From positions 87,296,001-87,360,000 of the forward strand of contig OX597814.1 of NCBI GenBank assembly GCA_951406725.2: 64,000 bases of DNA. Reading direction: 5' to 3'. The stretch is from Octopus vulgaris. Taxonomy: Eukaryota. The translations under genes were made by a program, and so were the position numbers. Shown piece after piece: positions 1 to 12,830 of the stretch (its first letter is position 1; each line of letters opens with the position of its first letter). The notes under the pieces were generated by a model, which saw only the letters and a list, made by a program, of their open reading frames with translations, was not told where the DNA came from and did not search any database.

Positions 1-974
1 ACACACCGATACATATACATACACACAATATATACCTACTCGCGCACGCACACATACACATACGTACACACATATAGGCACAGACACACACACATACATA
101 CACACACAAAAACATGCGCACACATAGGCACGCACACACGCACACCAATGCACACACTCAAAACTCACAAACCCCACAGATACACCCATATACATCCATA
201 TACGCTTACACACTCACACATACAAACGCACACATACACGTACACACAGCTACACGCACATACATACACACACACACAAATGAACCCACACATTCGTCCC
301 ATACACACGGTACACAATTATACATACACGCACGCAATTATACATACATATATATATACACACACACGCACGTACAAGCACACACGCACACATACACTAA
401 CTTAAGCACAGTTATTCGCCACACACCCAAACCCTACGCATACACACACGAACACACACATACACACACACACACTACAAACAAAACAGACACACGATAT
501 ATATACATACACGCACACACACACATACTTCTTTGTTCTGACCCGTGGCTGGGACACAAAAAAACACCACTCCTTATTCTTACAAACTGGCCAGCTACTA
601 GCCTGTTGTTTGCAGCCAGAACCATACACACATACACACACACGCACATACACACTTGTTTCAGTCATTGGTCTGCAACTAGGCTAGGGTACCTAGCGTG
701 TAGTCGAGGAAATCGATCCCAATACATTTTGAAGTCTGATACTTACTGTATTGGTCTCTTTTGCCGAACCGCTGTGCTTTGGGAACATAAAGAAACCAAT
801 ACCAATTGTGAAGTGGTAATAGGAGACAAACACAAATTCAAAGACACCCGCGTAGATACTACATACAAACACACACACATACATACACACACACACGCAC
901 ATTCAGTTGAAATTTACAGAAAAACAAAAGACGAAGACAGGTGTATAAACAACAAGCAGGTGTATTAGTCTGAC

Positions 975-1940
975 GCTCGAAAACAACTCACTCTGATCGT
1001 TTTGATAAGATCCAGGCCATGATTGACAATGACCCAGGCCATGATTAACAAGTCAATCAGGACCATCGCCAGGGACTTAGGAGTGTCTGAGTTTCTTAAT
1101 AGGCAGGTAGTGCATGAAAACATTCGGTGTTCTTCATACAAGATGAGAAAGGACCAATTTTTATCCCAAGCCATCAACGACAAGAGGAAAGACCGTGCTA
1201 CGAAGCTTTTGAACAAACTCAAACATCCACTCCAACCGAACATACTTTGGTTTTTCTCAGACGAGAAAAATTTCTGCCAGGATCAGATGGTGAACACACA
1301 GAACAACCGTTGGCTTACCGCGTCCCCAAAACATGTACCGGGGGTGATAAAAATCAAACATCAAGTCAACATCATGGTGTTTGGAGTGGTCACTAGTGAT
1401 GGCGACGTTATGCCTCCATTCATCTTCTCACATTTCCTCAGACTCAACACGGAGGCCTTCATCAAGTGCCTGTGGAGGTAGTGCTGTCCTGAGTCAAGAG
1501 GGCTGCCACTGGAAGACCCTATCTCTGGCAACAGGACTCTGCACCATGCCACACAAGCAGAAGAACCTAGTCATGGCTGTCAGACAATTTCTGCGACGAC
1601 ATCACCCCAACCATCTTGCTACCTAACTTCCCAGACTGTAGCCCCCTTGATTATTATATACGGGGTGCAGTTGAGCGAGAGACATACAAAACTCCTTGCA
1701 ACACCAAAGATGAACTGAAGGCAAGGATTATGACACCATTCACCAACTTAAACAAGAAGACCGTCCAGAAGAGTTACAGGATATTCTGAAGTCGCCTGGA
1801 GGTCATGGTTGAAGCCAATGGCGATTTTACCCTTTAGTATTTCAAGATATTTTAATGTAATTATGGTAAATATATCTGTTAAAATAAGACGTCTGTGTTA
1901 TTTTCATTTTTGCGTAATTTAGACAATTTATTGGCTGCAC

Positions 1941-1944
<4 letters not shown>
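975..1944 (+). mobile_element. Tc1/mariner DD37D (maT-type) transposon fossil, 5'-truncated
   Basis: FFSDEKNF...VMVFGVV...QQDSAPCH...PDCSPLDYY with 37 residues between the 2nd and 3rd Asp; frameshift and stop present; right TIR ends ...GCTGCACCCTG. Confidence 0.88.
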
Positions 1945-2009
<65 letters not shown>

Positions 2010-2602
2010 ATGTATGTATGTATGTATGTATGTATGTATGTATGTATGTATGCATGTATGTAGTTGAGTCTTGTTGTGTATAAACAACTAGTTCATACAC
2101 AACCAGACTCAACAACACTATCTGAGCATGATTTTATCTTTCATAAGAATATTATGTATATCCGAATATGTTATGCGACATTCATTCCGTCTAGTCTTCT
2201 GTAGCAATATAATATTTTTCTGATGTATTTTTTTATGTATTATTTTTTCTCACTGAGGAGAACAGTAATATGTAATTAATTTAATTATTATTAAATTAAT
2301 TTCTAATTTTTTTACCATGTTATTTACAATGTTAATATTACCGTTCAAAACGATCGTATGCACGGATTAAATTCTTTTTAAACTTTTAACACCTTTTCTT
2401 CTCCATCTTTTAATTGTTTGCTGAGTTTCTATAGAATATGTGTTCTATAAATGCTCATAACACACCTTATACTTGTAGCATTTTCATATTCGAAAAATTC
2501 TTACAACATGTAATATGAAGAATCTTTATTAGAAATTCGACCTTTGGAACACCCCAAAGTAAAGGATGAAATAGAACTCAATCTTTTCTCATATATATAT
2601 AT

Positions 2603-2677
<75 letters not shown>

Positions 2678-2694
2678 TATATATATATATATAT

Positions 2695-2745
<51 letters not shown>

Positions 2746-2752
2746 TACTTAC

Positions 2753-2863
2753 CCTAGACCGAGTATACTCATAGCCGTCTGGGTTAAGAATGGGTATGAA
2801 GTACCAGTTGAAGTTACTCAGCATATTTTTATTGTCCTTACTGTTTTCCGGATTGATGGCCAA
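2753..2863 (-). CDS. M14A carboxypeptidase exon with NPDGY motif (gene continues beyond left edge)
   Basis: ttgcag|[37 protein letters not shown]|gtaagt; 111 bp, phase 0->0. The next expected exon (xRxWRKNR) is not seen in 1-2750. Confidence 0.95.
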
Positions 2864-3172
2864 CTGCAACAGAGCAAAAGCAAAGAGTGATTTAGTGCAG
2901 AAGGCAATTTAATTATATAATAAGGATTAGGAAGGAGTCGGTTTGAATTAACGATTTGGTTGCATAAACATGAAACTTTATATTTATTACAGAAATTACA
3001 GAATTTTATATATGAAATAAATAAGACATCAAATTTCTGAACAGAAACAAAAAAGGAAAACCTTGAAATTTAGATTCTATCTATTAGAGAAACTAATTAC
3101 ATGATTTTGAATTTTACATCAAAGTGTGTAATGTTTTGGATTAAAAAAAATTAATTTCACTCTACTTTATCA

Positions 3173-3255
<83 letters not shown>

Positions 3256-3257
<2 letters not shown>

Positions 3258-3470
3258 GGCAATTAGCTGGCAGAATCGTTAGCACACCGAGTAAGATGAT
3301 TAGCGGTATTTAGTCCGTTTCTACGTTCGGAGTTCAAATTCTGCTGAAATCGACTTTGCCTTTCATTCTTTCAGAGCCGATAAATTAAGTAGCAGTGTAA
3401 CACTGGCGTCGATGTAATCGACTAGTCCCCTCCCCGCCAAAATTTGAGGCCTTGTGCCTCCAGTAGAAAT
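3256..3470 (+). mobile_element. tRNA-derived SINE, family B (GGCGGCGAGCTGGCAGAATCGTTAGC head)
   Basis: A/B-box-like head and GCCTTTCATCCTTTCGGGGTCGATAAA core shared with many copies in the window; (ATT)n flanks. Confidence 0.85.
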
Positions 3471-3494
3471 TATTATTATTATTATTATTATTAC

Positions 3495-3530
<36 letters not shown>

Positions 3531-3531
<1 letters not shown>

Positions 3532-3804
3532 TCTTTTTATCACAGGTTTTGTTGGAGCTCCTGGAGTTTTGCATGCGCCGCGGGCATACTACGGTACCAT
3601 GCTATCCGTTCTTTTCAGCTATCTAATACTTTCCTGATTATTCTGGCCATACCAAAGAGGCAAACCTTTTGTAACAGTTCTACTGGGCACCCTATTCCAA
3701 TTTCCTTTATATTCTCCTTGATGCCTTCTGATACTTTCCCCAAGGCTCCAACAATAATTGGCACTATCTTCCCTTTCTTCATTTTCCATAGCCGGGCTAT
3801 TTCG
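3531..3804 (-). mobile_element. Dong/R4-clade non-LTR retrotransposon 3' end
   Basis: Minus strand reads EIARLWKMKKGKIVPIIVGALGKVS...LLQKVCLFGMARIIRKVLDS*, the R4/Dong REL-endonuclease C-terminus; short 3' UTR, then (TAA)n. Confidence 0.85.
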
Positions 3805-3816
3805 TAATAATAATAA

Positions 3817-4312
3817 GTGTTATCATGTACATTGTTTTGTCTTGGTATAAAAGATGGGCTACAGCAAATATTCTGCTCAATACCACAGATTTGCTTGTCA
3901 GTTGTTTGACCTTAACCAGTTGAGCATGTCTCGTAGTGGCTGACGATGTGTGCATCTCTGATCACGAGCAGAAGTAGTGGGGGAGCAACATAGCCATGTG
4001 CTGAGAGGGATTGTTTGGGGTTTGAATTATTCACATGTGGAAACATGGGTGCTTCGTTCAATATCCTTAAACAACACTTATTCATGGACCTTTTGAGCGG
4101 GATGGATTACTCAACCAGAAGAACAGTCTAACTAGGCCCCACCTGCAAGGTCATGTGCTTTTATCTTGATATCAGATCGCCATGTCGAGCACATATGGTT
4201 GTGATGCATGTGCCTAGTGTACCCTTATCAGACGGGTAGTCATGATGGGTATACTGGGCTTCGTATGTTTTACCCCAGTGTCACTTTGATGGCATGCACT
4301 GCTCTCTCACTC
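3817..4312 (+). repeat. About 495-bp GC-richer insert bounded by (AAT)n; probable non-autonomous retroelement
   Basis: Sharp (AAT)n borders on both sides and no ORF. Only one copy in the window, so family status is unverified. Confidence 0.45.
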
Positions 4313-4419
<107 letters not shown>

Positions 4420-4430
4420 TATTATTGAAT

Positions 4431-4662
4431 TGCGGCGAGCTGGCTGAATCGCTACCGCGCCGGGTAAAATGCTTAGTGGTATTTCGTCTGTCTTTACGTT
4501 CTGAGTTCAAATTCCGCCGAGGGCAACTTAGCCTTTCAACCTCCTTAGCCTTTCAACCTCTCAGCGTCGATAAAATAAGTACCAGCTGAACACTGGGATC
4601 GATGTAATCGACTTATCCCCTCCTCCAAACTTACTGGCCTTGTGCCAAAATTTGAAATCATT
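4431..4662 (+). mobile_element. SINE family B
   Basis: Homologous to 3256-3470; internal tandem duplication of CTTAGCCTTTCAACCTC. Confidence 0.85.
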
Positions 4663-5586
4663 ATTACTGTTGTTAAGTGCAGGACGGCGGATTGCAGCAA
4701 AGGTAGACAACTTCCCCTAAAATTTCTTCTAGTGTATATTATTTCTTAGATTTTGAGTTCAAATCCCAATGGTCTCGACATTTTTCTTTTATCCATAAAA
4801 TAAGTAACAATCAAGTATTGGTCTTGATTTCACCATCTGTTTCTTCTCTTTCCTAACTTAGCAAAAATAGGTGGATCCTATCCATTTTGATCATAATTGT
4901 TGTCCTAGTTTATCAAATATTAGTTTAATCAAGAACAACCCAACTGTAACATTTTTGCCCTGCAACTAGTCGAGTGAATGGTGTATTGCATCTAATTATA
5001 GGTGCTGCGTCATGTTAGATGCTAAGCTACTCAGTTCTCAACGATTAGATCTCGTTAGTTCTCAGTTGATACCCTAGAGACATAATGTATGTGGCAGCAC
5101 TGCTATGAAATCAACAAGTTAGGTTTAACCTTTTAACATATACATTTTATTTCAATTTTCATGAAAAAGAATATATTTTTTTATTATTTAATTTGAATTT
5201 GTATATAAGGAAGAATAAGTACACAAATTATTTTGGATCAGTTATGATCTATTATGAAGTTACTGATAGTTACTGATAGTTAATAATAGAAAACGGGATT
5301 AATATGATGAACGAAGTATTTCGGGTTAGAAATAAGTGACAGATACGTTAGAGGACAGTGAACGTATATTTTCGTTCAAATATATATTTACTAAATATCT
5401 CTGAACGAAAACATACAGGATAATATAATAAGTTATTTTTTCTATCCGAAAAAATTACCTGCAACAAGCTAGCATCCTATCCAAGATAATTAACATTACG
5501 TAAATCAGCTATAAACATTTGCTTAAGAGGTTAGATTACACGAAAAGGATACCTAAATTCATTTCTTATATTCTAGGTGGGACATT

Positions 5587-6010
5587 GGATCTTTTCGGTT
5601 TGAACGGCAGTTTTTTCTAACGGTGTCATATAAAATTGTCACCCATAATTATGACCCTAGTATCGATCTATTGCATTTCAATCTGTTTTAGAGTTAGGGT
5701 TAGGGTTAGGGGTGGGGGAAGGGTATCTTTTTTCTTCGGAAATGTAAATAAACCTAATCTGTTTCTTAAACGAGGGACATATTCATACGGCACAGAATGT
5801 TTTTTTTTACCTCAATAGACGTCAGTGATTGGTTGAAATTGAAGAAATTGAAGAAAAAAACAACAAATATCTTACAAACTATAGAATTTTCTCAATAAAG
5901 CCAAGAGAAAAAGACGTTTTATAAACACATTCTACCAGTATACGAAGTTTAAAAGTGTTCAGTTACGTGGAAATTATTTAAAAAAACTGCCGTTCAAACC
6001 GAAAAGATCC
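5587..6010. mobile_element. MITE with 30-bp TIRs and 8-bp TSD (Merlin-like)
   Basis: TIR GGATCTTTTCGGTTTGAACGGCAGTTTTTT and its exact reverse complement; TSD GGGACATT at 5579-5586 and 6011-6018; internal (TTAGGG)3. Confidence 0.9.
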
Positions 6011-6121
6011 GGGACATTTGTCACCTAGATTATATCACGCCACCCTCAAAAGCTTTTTTTTTTTTTTTTTTGTACTTGTTTCAGTCATTTGACTGCGGCC
6101 ATGCTGGAGCACCGCCTTTTG

Positions 6122-6275
6122 TGTACAGCAGGGATCACCACCTCCTGCCGGAGCCTCGTGGAGCTTTTAGGTGTTTTCGCTCAATAAACACACACAACGC
6201 CCGGTCTGGGAATCGAAACCGCGATCCTCCGACCGCAAGTCCGCTGCCCTAACCACTAGGCCATTGCGCCTCCAC
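6122..6275 (-). mobile_element. tRNA-derived SINE family C, head portion
   Basis: GTGGAGGCGCAATGGCCTAGTGGTTAGG...GGTTTCGATTCC A/B boxes; related copy at 27905-28214. Confidence 0.8.
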
Positions 6276-7096
6276 AGCTTTGAATATATTCCTAAACCTT
6301 TGAGTATAATATTCTTAAATTACAGCTTCTGATGCTTGAAATGCAGAAAAGTGTATGTAAAACACATTTTAAGAAAAATGCATGTTTATTATTGTTGACT
6401 AAGACGTGTGACTCTATTCACTTTTTTTCAACACTTTCTTCAAATCCCACCTAAAAAAAAAAAAAGAAGGAAAAAAACCCCTAAAGATTTCTGTTCTCCC
6501 AACCACTATTAGGTCGAACGTTTGAAATATTTTTGCCACGAAAGTATCTAAGCAAGCGAAAATCTGGAAAAAATTAATTTATATCATTGTCAGGAATTAT
6601 GACTCAAATATGCTGCACGAGAAAGCAAATAAAAAGGTAACTGTCATGAAATCGGATGTTATTGAAAGAGAACAATATGAAATCGAGGCTTTTCTTTCTC
6701 AGTAGTGTTATTAGTGTTTCCCGTTTGCAGTAGATACTTTACTATTTGCTGCACACATGCCCAGAAAAACCGGCTGAAGATCTCTTAGATGAGAACTTAC
6801 AATCCACAACAGATTTCACTTAAAACGCAATATCTCAAAAGCTTGAGAAACACCAAAGTTATTAGGCAGAAAAATGTGAGTTTTTTTTGTTTCTTATTAA
6901 TTATTTTAGCAACGTAGTTTTAGCTGGAAATGAAATAGATGATTTCGTGTGATTTTCTTCTGATGACCCAAGACAAGTTACTGTTGGTATAAGCTCAAGA
7001 CACAGCTCTTTTAATAAATTTATCAGGCCAATATTCCCAGCTCGTCAATAATCCCTACCTGGTCAATAGCGGAAAATAATCAATACTACTACTTAC

Positions 7097-7201
7097 CTGA
7101 TTAATAAAATGCAGGATAACTGAAATCGAAACCCATTCTCGACCATGCATACCAGCGTCAATAAGAATTCCCATCCTTTGACTCCGCTTTTTATACGATA
7201 G
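7097..7201 (-). CDS. M14A carboxypeptidase exon with zinc-binding HxxE motif
   Basis: ttttag|LSYKKRSQRMGILIDAGMHGREWVSISVILHFINQ|gtaagt; 105 bp, phase 0->0; DAG-x-H-x-REW carries the H69/E72 zinc ligands. Not in the ORF track; translated by hand. Confidence 0.95.
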
Positions 7202-7409
7202 CTAAAACAGAACAAATACATAGATATTTTAGAGAAGTTTACATCCGATGATCAACAAATAATAGAAGATTCATCTTCGTCTTTTACATCCGAAACATAA
7301 CCAAATAATCAAGTTCCTGCGACAATAATTGCAGTTTTTAACCATTAAAGTGATAACTAAAGCAATAATTCTCCACCGAGAACAAATTTTATTAATCGAA
7401 ATTATAGCT

Positions 7410-8220
7410 ATTAGACTCTATATATGAAATTACGATGCATGTAAACAAAGTTTGCTTTTTTAGAAGGGTTGAGATGTATTGAAGTATACAGATATAGAAA
7501 TATTTTACTCTCAAACGCATAATAATAATACTGAATAGCATCGAACATCCTTATATTGCAGAAAAAGTTGTTAGCAGCCAGCCATGAGACTCGAACTCAC
7601 ATCCCTGTGATTACCGGTCATAGTGCTTTACCTTTAAGCTAAACTGTCTACAAACAAATTCTGTAAATTTTTTAACTTAAAAATCCAGCTTTTTATAGAC
7701 GCTATATGTGAAATTATGATGTATGTAAACAAAGTTTGCTTTTTTAGAAGGATTGAGGTGTATTGAAACATACAGATATGGAAATATTTTACTCTCAAAC
7801 GCATAGTAATAATGCTGAATGGCATAAAAAGGATAGAACATCCTTATATTGCAGAATAATTTGTTAGCACTATGACCGATAATCACAGAGATGTGAGTTC
7901 GAGTCTCACGGCTGGCTGCTAACAAATTTTTCGGTAATATAAGGATGTTCTATCCTATTTATGCTATTCAGTATTATTATTATGCATTTCACATATAGCG
8001 TAATTTCACATACAGCGTCTATAAAAAGCTATATTTACAAGTTAAAAAATTGCAGAAGAATTTGCTTGTAGACAGTTTAGCTAAAAGGTAAAGCACTATG
8101 ACCGGTAATCACAAGGATGTGAGTTCGAGTCTCATGGCTGGCTTCTAACAAATTTTTCTGTAATATAAGGATATTCGATGCTATTCAGTATTTTGAGAGT
8201 AAAATATTTCCATATCTGTA
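7410..8220. repeat. 284-bp tRNA-containing tandem repeat folded back as a large inverted repeat
   Basis: GTAAACAAAGTTTGC recurs at 7441 and 7725; 7866-8220 is the reverse complement of the left arm; tRNA-like segments at 7577-7648(-), 7866-7918(+, partial) and 8071-8143(+). Confidence 0.9.
8071..8143 (+). pseudogene. tRNA-like sequence (Thr GGT-like), probably a non-functional repeat head
   Basis: A box TAGCTAAAAGG; T arm GTGAG-TTCGAGT-CTCAT; anticodon arm TATGA-CCGGTAA-TCACA; mismatches in the acceptor and anticodon stems and C at position 33. Confidence 0.55.
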
Positions 8221-8229
8221 AATAACCAT

Positions 8230-9365
8230 GAGGGTCTTCCCATTACTGCCAACAAGAAACCAATTTCTCGGGATAGAATAAAATTCTGGAGTTTTGAATG
8301 TGCTTTTATTTCCTGTTCGGTTGTTGAAAACTTTTTGCGGGAAGTTATAGAGATACTTCAAAACAGTGGTAGTTGGTGGGAGAAAACTAAGTAGCGTAAT
8401 TTTATAGCCTAGTATGTCCGATTTTTAAAGATCATTTGCAAGATGTTCAGTCGTTATTATCGAGAAAAATTGGATCTTTTTTATTAACCAATACTGGACG
8501 TAGTGCATTTCCAGGCAATGTTATTCTACTAAGGTGGTTTTGCTAAGATTGAAGAACTAGTAGTGGATGATTCCGCTACCTGGCAACCAAACAGTAACTG
8601 CAACATTCTGTTGGTGTAGCTTTGGTCTGGGAAAATGTTTTGATGCTTAACCTCGATCCAGCCTCTGCGTTAGACCGTCTGTTGCTATACAGAATTAATT
8701 TTTCACCAGATGTCATAATGCGATCAGAAATGGATAATTTTTGTTGCACAAAAGAAGCGAAAAGCAAACTTTGTCATGGCGATTTAGAAAAAACAAATTT
8801 TAAAAAAAACTTTTGTTCAGCTCGTGCGGCCTTTGATTTTCGAGCCTTTTTGCCTTTATGATATGGGGAAAATAACTAACTGCTGAAAGTTCAACATTTA
8901 ATTATTTTTGCAACTTTTTGAATTCTTTCGTGTGAATCTGGTCGCGTATGTAGCCAGTGATGACTCGATAAGTTCGACCGGGCCTCTACTGGAAATATAA
9001 TTATTGTTTAGTCTTTTTAAAAATGTCTTTTTTTTTTCCCAAGAAATTAGACAGCTAATGATTGATCTATTTTAATTGTTTGTGATCTCCAGATCAAATG
9101 CTTGGTTGATGTTTCGAGCAGTTTCCGCTATTGTGCGGATTCTATTTTGTTTCCGCTGTCGTATGAATTCTGTTTTGAAGTTATGCAATAAAATCGCTCG
9201 ATATTGCTTTATTCCATCTTTAATTTCATAGCTTAAAATTATAAAAAAGAACAATGAAAGTAATAGCGGTAAAGATATATAACATACACAGAGTTGAATA
9301 AAAATTTATTCTGGAATAAGCATCAACATTTAAAATGACAAAAACCGGAATTGATTTTGAAGCAA
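8230..9365 (-). mobile_element. Degenerate mariner transposon
   Basis: Fragments QYRAILLHNFK...AETARNINQAF and SDRIMTSGEKLILYSNRRS (cf. DRIVTCDEKWILYDNRRR). Confidence 0.7.
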
Positions 9366-11043
9366 TGTAATATTCTAAAAGTGTATTTCGAAAATGTGTA
9401 GAGATGAAATGGGATTGTTGCTTCTAATTAATAAGCAGTTGTTGACAAGATCAATAATGTACAAGTACCGGGTTTATTGAATAAATATTCCTTCAAACTA
9501 CTATATTCTTATTTACTACATACATTCATGTCTCGTATAATATAATGTGTACGCATCTTTGTTATTGTTATACATATTCTATATGTACTATAGTATATAA
9601 TATCTATAAAATATTGAAGTTAACTGTATTTCTATTTGTGTGTACTTTAGTGAAAACATTTCACTCTTGCCCTTTAAACGCGAGCCCCCTGTGCTTAAAA
9701 TGACTTCATTTCTGCACCCTGGAGTCCTGAAAACCGAAAATTGTATTACTTATTTTATTACCACAGAAAAGTAATTTCCAGCCAATCATGAAAGGAAATT
9801 TCCGAAAATGTCAATATGACATTGAATTGCATAATACATACATAGAGTTATGCGTGAGTGTGTGTGTGCATGTATACCTGTATATGTATATGCCTCTCTT
9901 TCTCATTCTCTCTCAATATACAGACACACACACACACATATATATATACACATACATTCATGCATACAAACATACATAGATACATATATACTTATAACTA
10001 TGTTTGCTTGTATGTATGTAAAAATGTTTTTGCACAGATACATCGACTTGGCACAAACACACATATATATACAGATAAAAAGAAAGAAATCATGTTTGTT
10101 AGCGTGTATTCTTTGCACATACATACATACATACATACATACATGCACAGATATATACACATATGCATGTATCAATTTAGGTATGTATATGTCTGTATGT
10201 TTGTGCTTGTGCGTTTTTATTTTCTTCTCTTCTAAAATCTTTCAAATGACTAATCATAAAGTTTTCAAATATATAATTGTCTTGTTGCTTACTTTTCAAA
10301 ATGGCTTACATTTTTTTTCTTTCTTTAGTAAGAACTCTCTTACTTTCAACAATGCTATGTTAGCTAAATGTTTGAACGACGATGCTGAGTAGAATGAACT
10401 CAAAACAACGTATTTGTCTATATTACGTGATATGGTACTTTTAGATTTTATATACATTAAACAATATATATTGGCCATGTTGTGTAATACGAAACCCCGC
10501 TTGGGTTTAAATTTCTAATTTCTTTTTATTCTTTTGGGAAAATTTCTTTATGATAAGGAATAAACAAATGTTCTAAAATTTCATTAAAATTTCTTTACCA
10601 ACCTTCACACTCTCCGTTTCGGATTACACATTCAACCGTAAATTTTCTATTTTTTTACGTTTTTCCTACAATTTTTTTCTTTCGTATTACATGCTTAGAC
10701 ATAGTAGAATAGAATCATGCAAAAAGAAAACAAAAAAGGAGAAAAACAGAAAGAATCAGTTTAGATTTAGGGTTAAAGCTTTTGAGGTAGGGTTTAGGGT
10801 TAAGGTTTAATATAAGGTTGAGTTTTTGAGATGGAGTTTAGGGTTAGGAGTACAAGGATAAAGGAAAGAAATGAAAAGAAAAAATAATAGGTTTTGCGAT
10901 TTTGAATCCTTCATTTAAAACATAAACATCTGAAGAAAAGTTCTACAAAAATTAAAAATTGAATGATACAAGGGAAAGATGCTTATTACACAATTTAGTC
11001 ATATATTGCTTATGCACTGTATATCGTTATACATTTCATATTA

Positions 11044-11330
11044 TCAAATATAATAAATGCGAATGTCAGTGTGTCAGTGTGTCATACTTTTCCAACTTTA
11101 TTCCTAGACGCCGTAGCTCAACATATCATACCATTTTGGAATCAGGCCGACTCCGTGAGTAAATTTAAAACATTCCGGGCCGAATCAGGACTCGCAATCC
11201 TGAAATTTTGAATTCCCAAGTTTTCATTACTGCGATTGTTTTCGACGATTTTTTTAACGTGATTTTTGGTGACGAATTTTTTGTACGATAACAATTTTTA
11301 CTAGCTGGACCCGTGAAAACTTCATGGAAA
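11044..11330. mobile_element. Probable non-autonomous Helitron fragments
   Basis: TC-AAATATAATAAATG...GTGTGTC Helitron-like 5' end on plus; a minus-strand hairpin+CTAG end (CCATGAAG..TTCACGGG..GCTAG) near 11301-11328. Confidence 0.35.
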
Positions 11331-11931
11331 ATATAAAAAATGTAAGCATCGGTAAATAGTGACTTCATTTAATAACTATCGAATAATTATGGGCATAACT
11401 ACAGATGTGTACCCCACCGAAAATTCCATAAATAATCGCTTAGATCCTGTTGATTGAATGTATTTTAAGAATTGTTGGAAATATATTTGACAATTGTCCC
11501 CACCACACACACAATTACACACACACACACACACACACACATAGACACAAATGCAGTTATATATACACACACTCATACACACACATAAACAATCTAACTC
11601 ATTAACAAGAGCAAACACCCACGCATCCCCATACATACAGCATGCATACTGTCTCCTTCTTATTTTCAGAACTTCCTCCTTCCAACCAATTTTGACGCCA
11701 TTGCTCATAACGGATTTTAAAAAAAACGCTCATTATCACTGTGAACACCATGTAGGCAGCCATAAAAAAGTTTTTGTTCGTCTTGAGGCTGATAGAGGTT
11801 CCTTGTCTTTCCTGATGAGAAGACGGCATAATGCACCCTTTATTCCTTCGGAATTAAGAGTATGCAGTCTTCAAAACATGTATTGAGAGTAAAGGAATTT
11901 TGTTAAAATCTTCGTTCGACTCCATTCTTTC

Positions 11932-11994
<63 letters not shown>

Positions 11995-12554
11995 TGTGTA
12001 TATATATGTATGTATGTATATTAAAAGTATATTGTCCGGTTTGTCATGGACGGAATACGATCGTGCTATTCCTTTTTACAGTGGGTTATTGAAAAGCAAG
12101 TAATACTTTGAGAAGTAAAAAAAAAAAATAAAGCAACGTATATACACAGGACACTTGTACATAAATTTGGATAGGATAGAGCGGATATTGATGATAGATT
12201 CTCTGTTTTTTTTTTGTGTTTTTTTGCTGGTTAGAACCCCTTAATTTATCCCCTTTAACTGAGAAAATACGCTACTGTAGCTTGGTTGCATTTTTAATAA
12301 GCATATCTTTATTTGTCCGTATTTGATTAGTGCTGTTGTCAGAACAATGATAAAGTGGGAAAACAAGGAATCTTGGGGATCTTTTTATTGAACTTAAATC
12401 TAAATGTTAAGTTAGCGGAATCAGTCTGGTATTAGGATCTCGTATTTGTTTAATACAAATATTGAATTATTTTCTCAAGGTAAATATCGTTTGTCCAATG
12501 TAATCTTCGTTACAACCATTACATTTAATAACATAAATGTTACTGTATCGACAA

Positions 12555-12830
12555 GGCTATCATATGATGTTATACACCGCTAGTCACTATGCACTTCCTT
12601 GCATTGTTGTAGCCTTCAAATAATACCACCCCGAAGGCTAGTGGGTACAGGTCAACATTCTCCCCGAATGGAACGCCCGTCTGTCAGAATGTAACTCATT
12701 TGCAGCTGAGCTGACAGAAGCAACGTAAAATGAAATGTTTTGCTCAAGAACTCAATGCACTGCCAATCTGGGAATCGACACCACGATCTTGCAATCATAA
12801 GTGCAACACTCGAACCCCTAGGCCACACAC
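12555..12830 (-). mobile_element. tRNA-derived SINE (degenerate, family D)
   Basis: GTGTGGCCTAGGGGTT...GGTGTCGATTCCC A/B-box head followed by an unrelated body. Confidence 0.6.

Noticed and set aside
1-968. 284-aa His/Thr-rich ORF (114-968) and similar HT/CV/YI/LSIY-rich ORFs at 17656-18354, 46684-47415, 54275-54617 and 63141-63811
   Set aside because: These are translations of (CA)n, (TACA)n, (TA)n and (GATA)n low-complexity DNA, which lacks stop codons; no domain signal.
8071-8143. Functional tRNA-Thr gene
   Set aside because: Stem mismatches, C33, an atypical GGT anticodon and embedding in a rearranged tandem repeat; treated as a tRNA-derived repeat.
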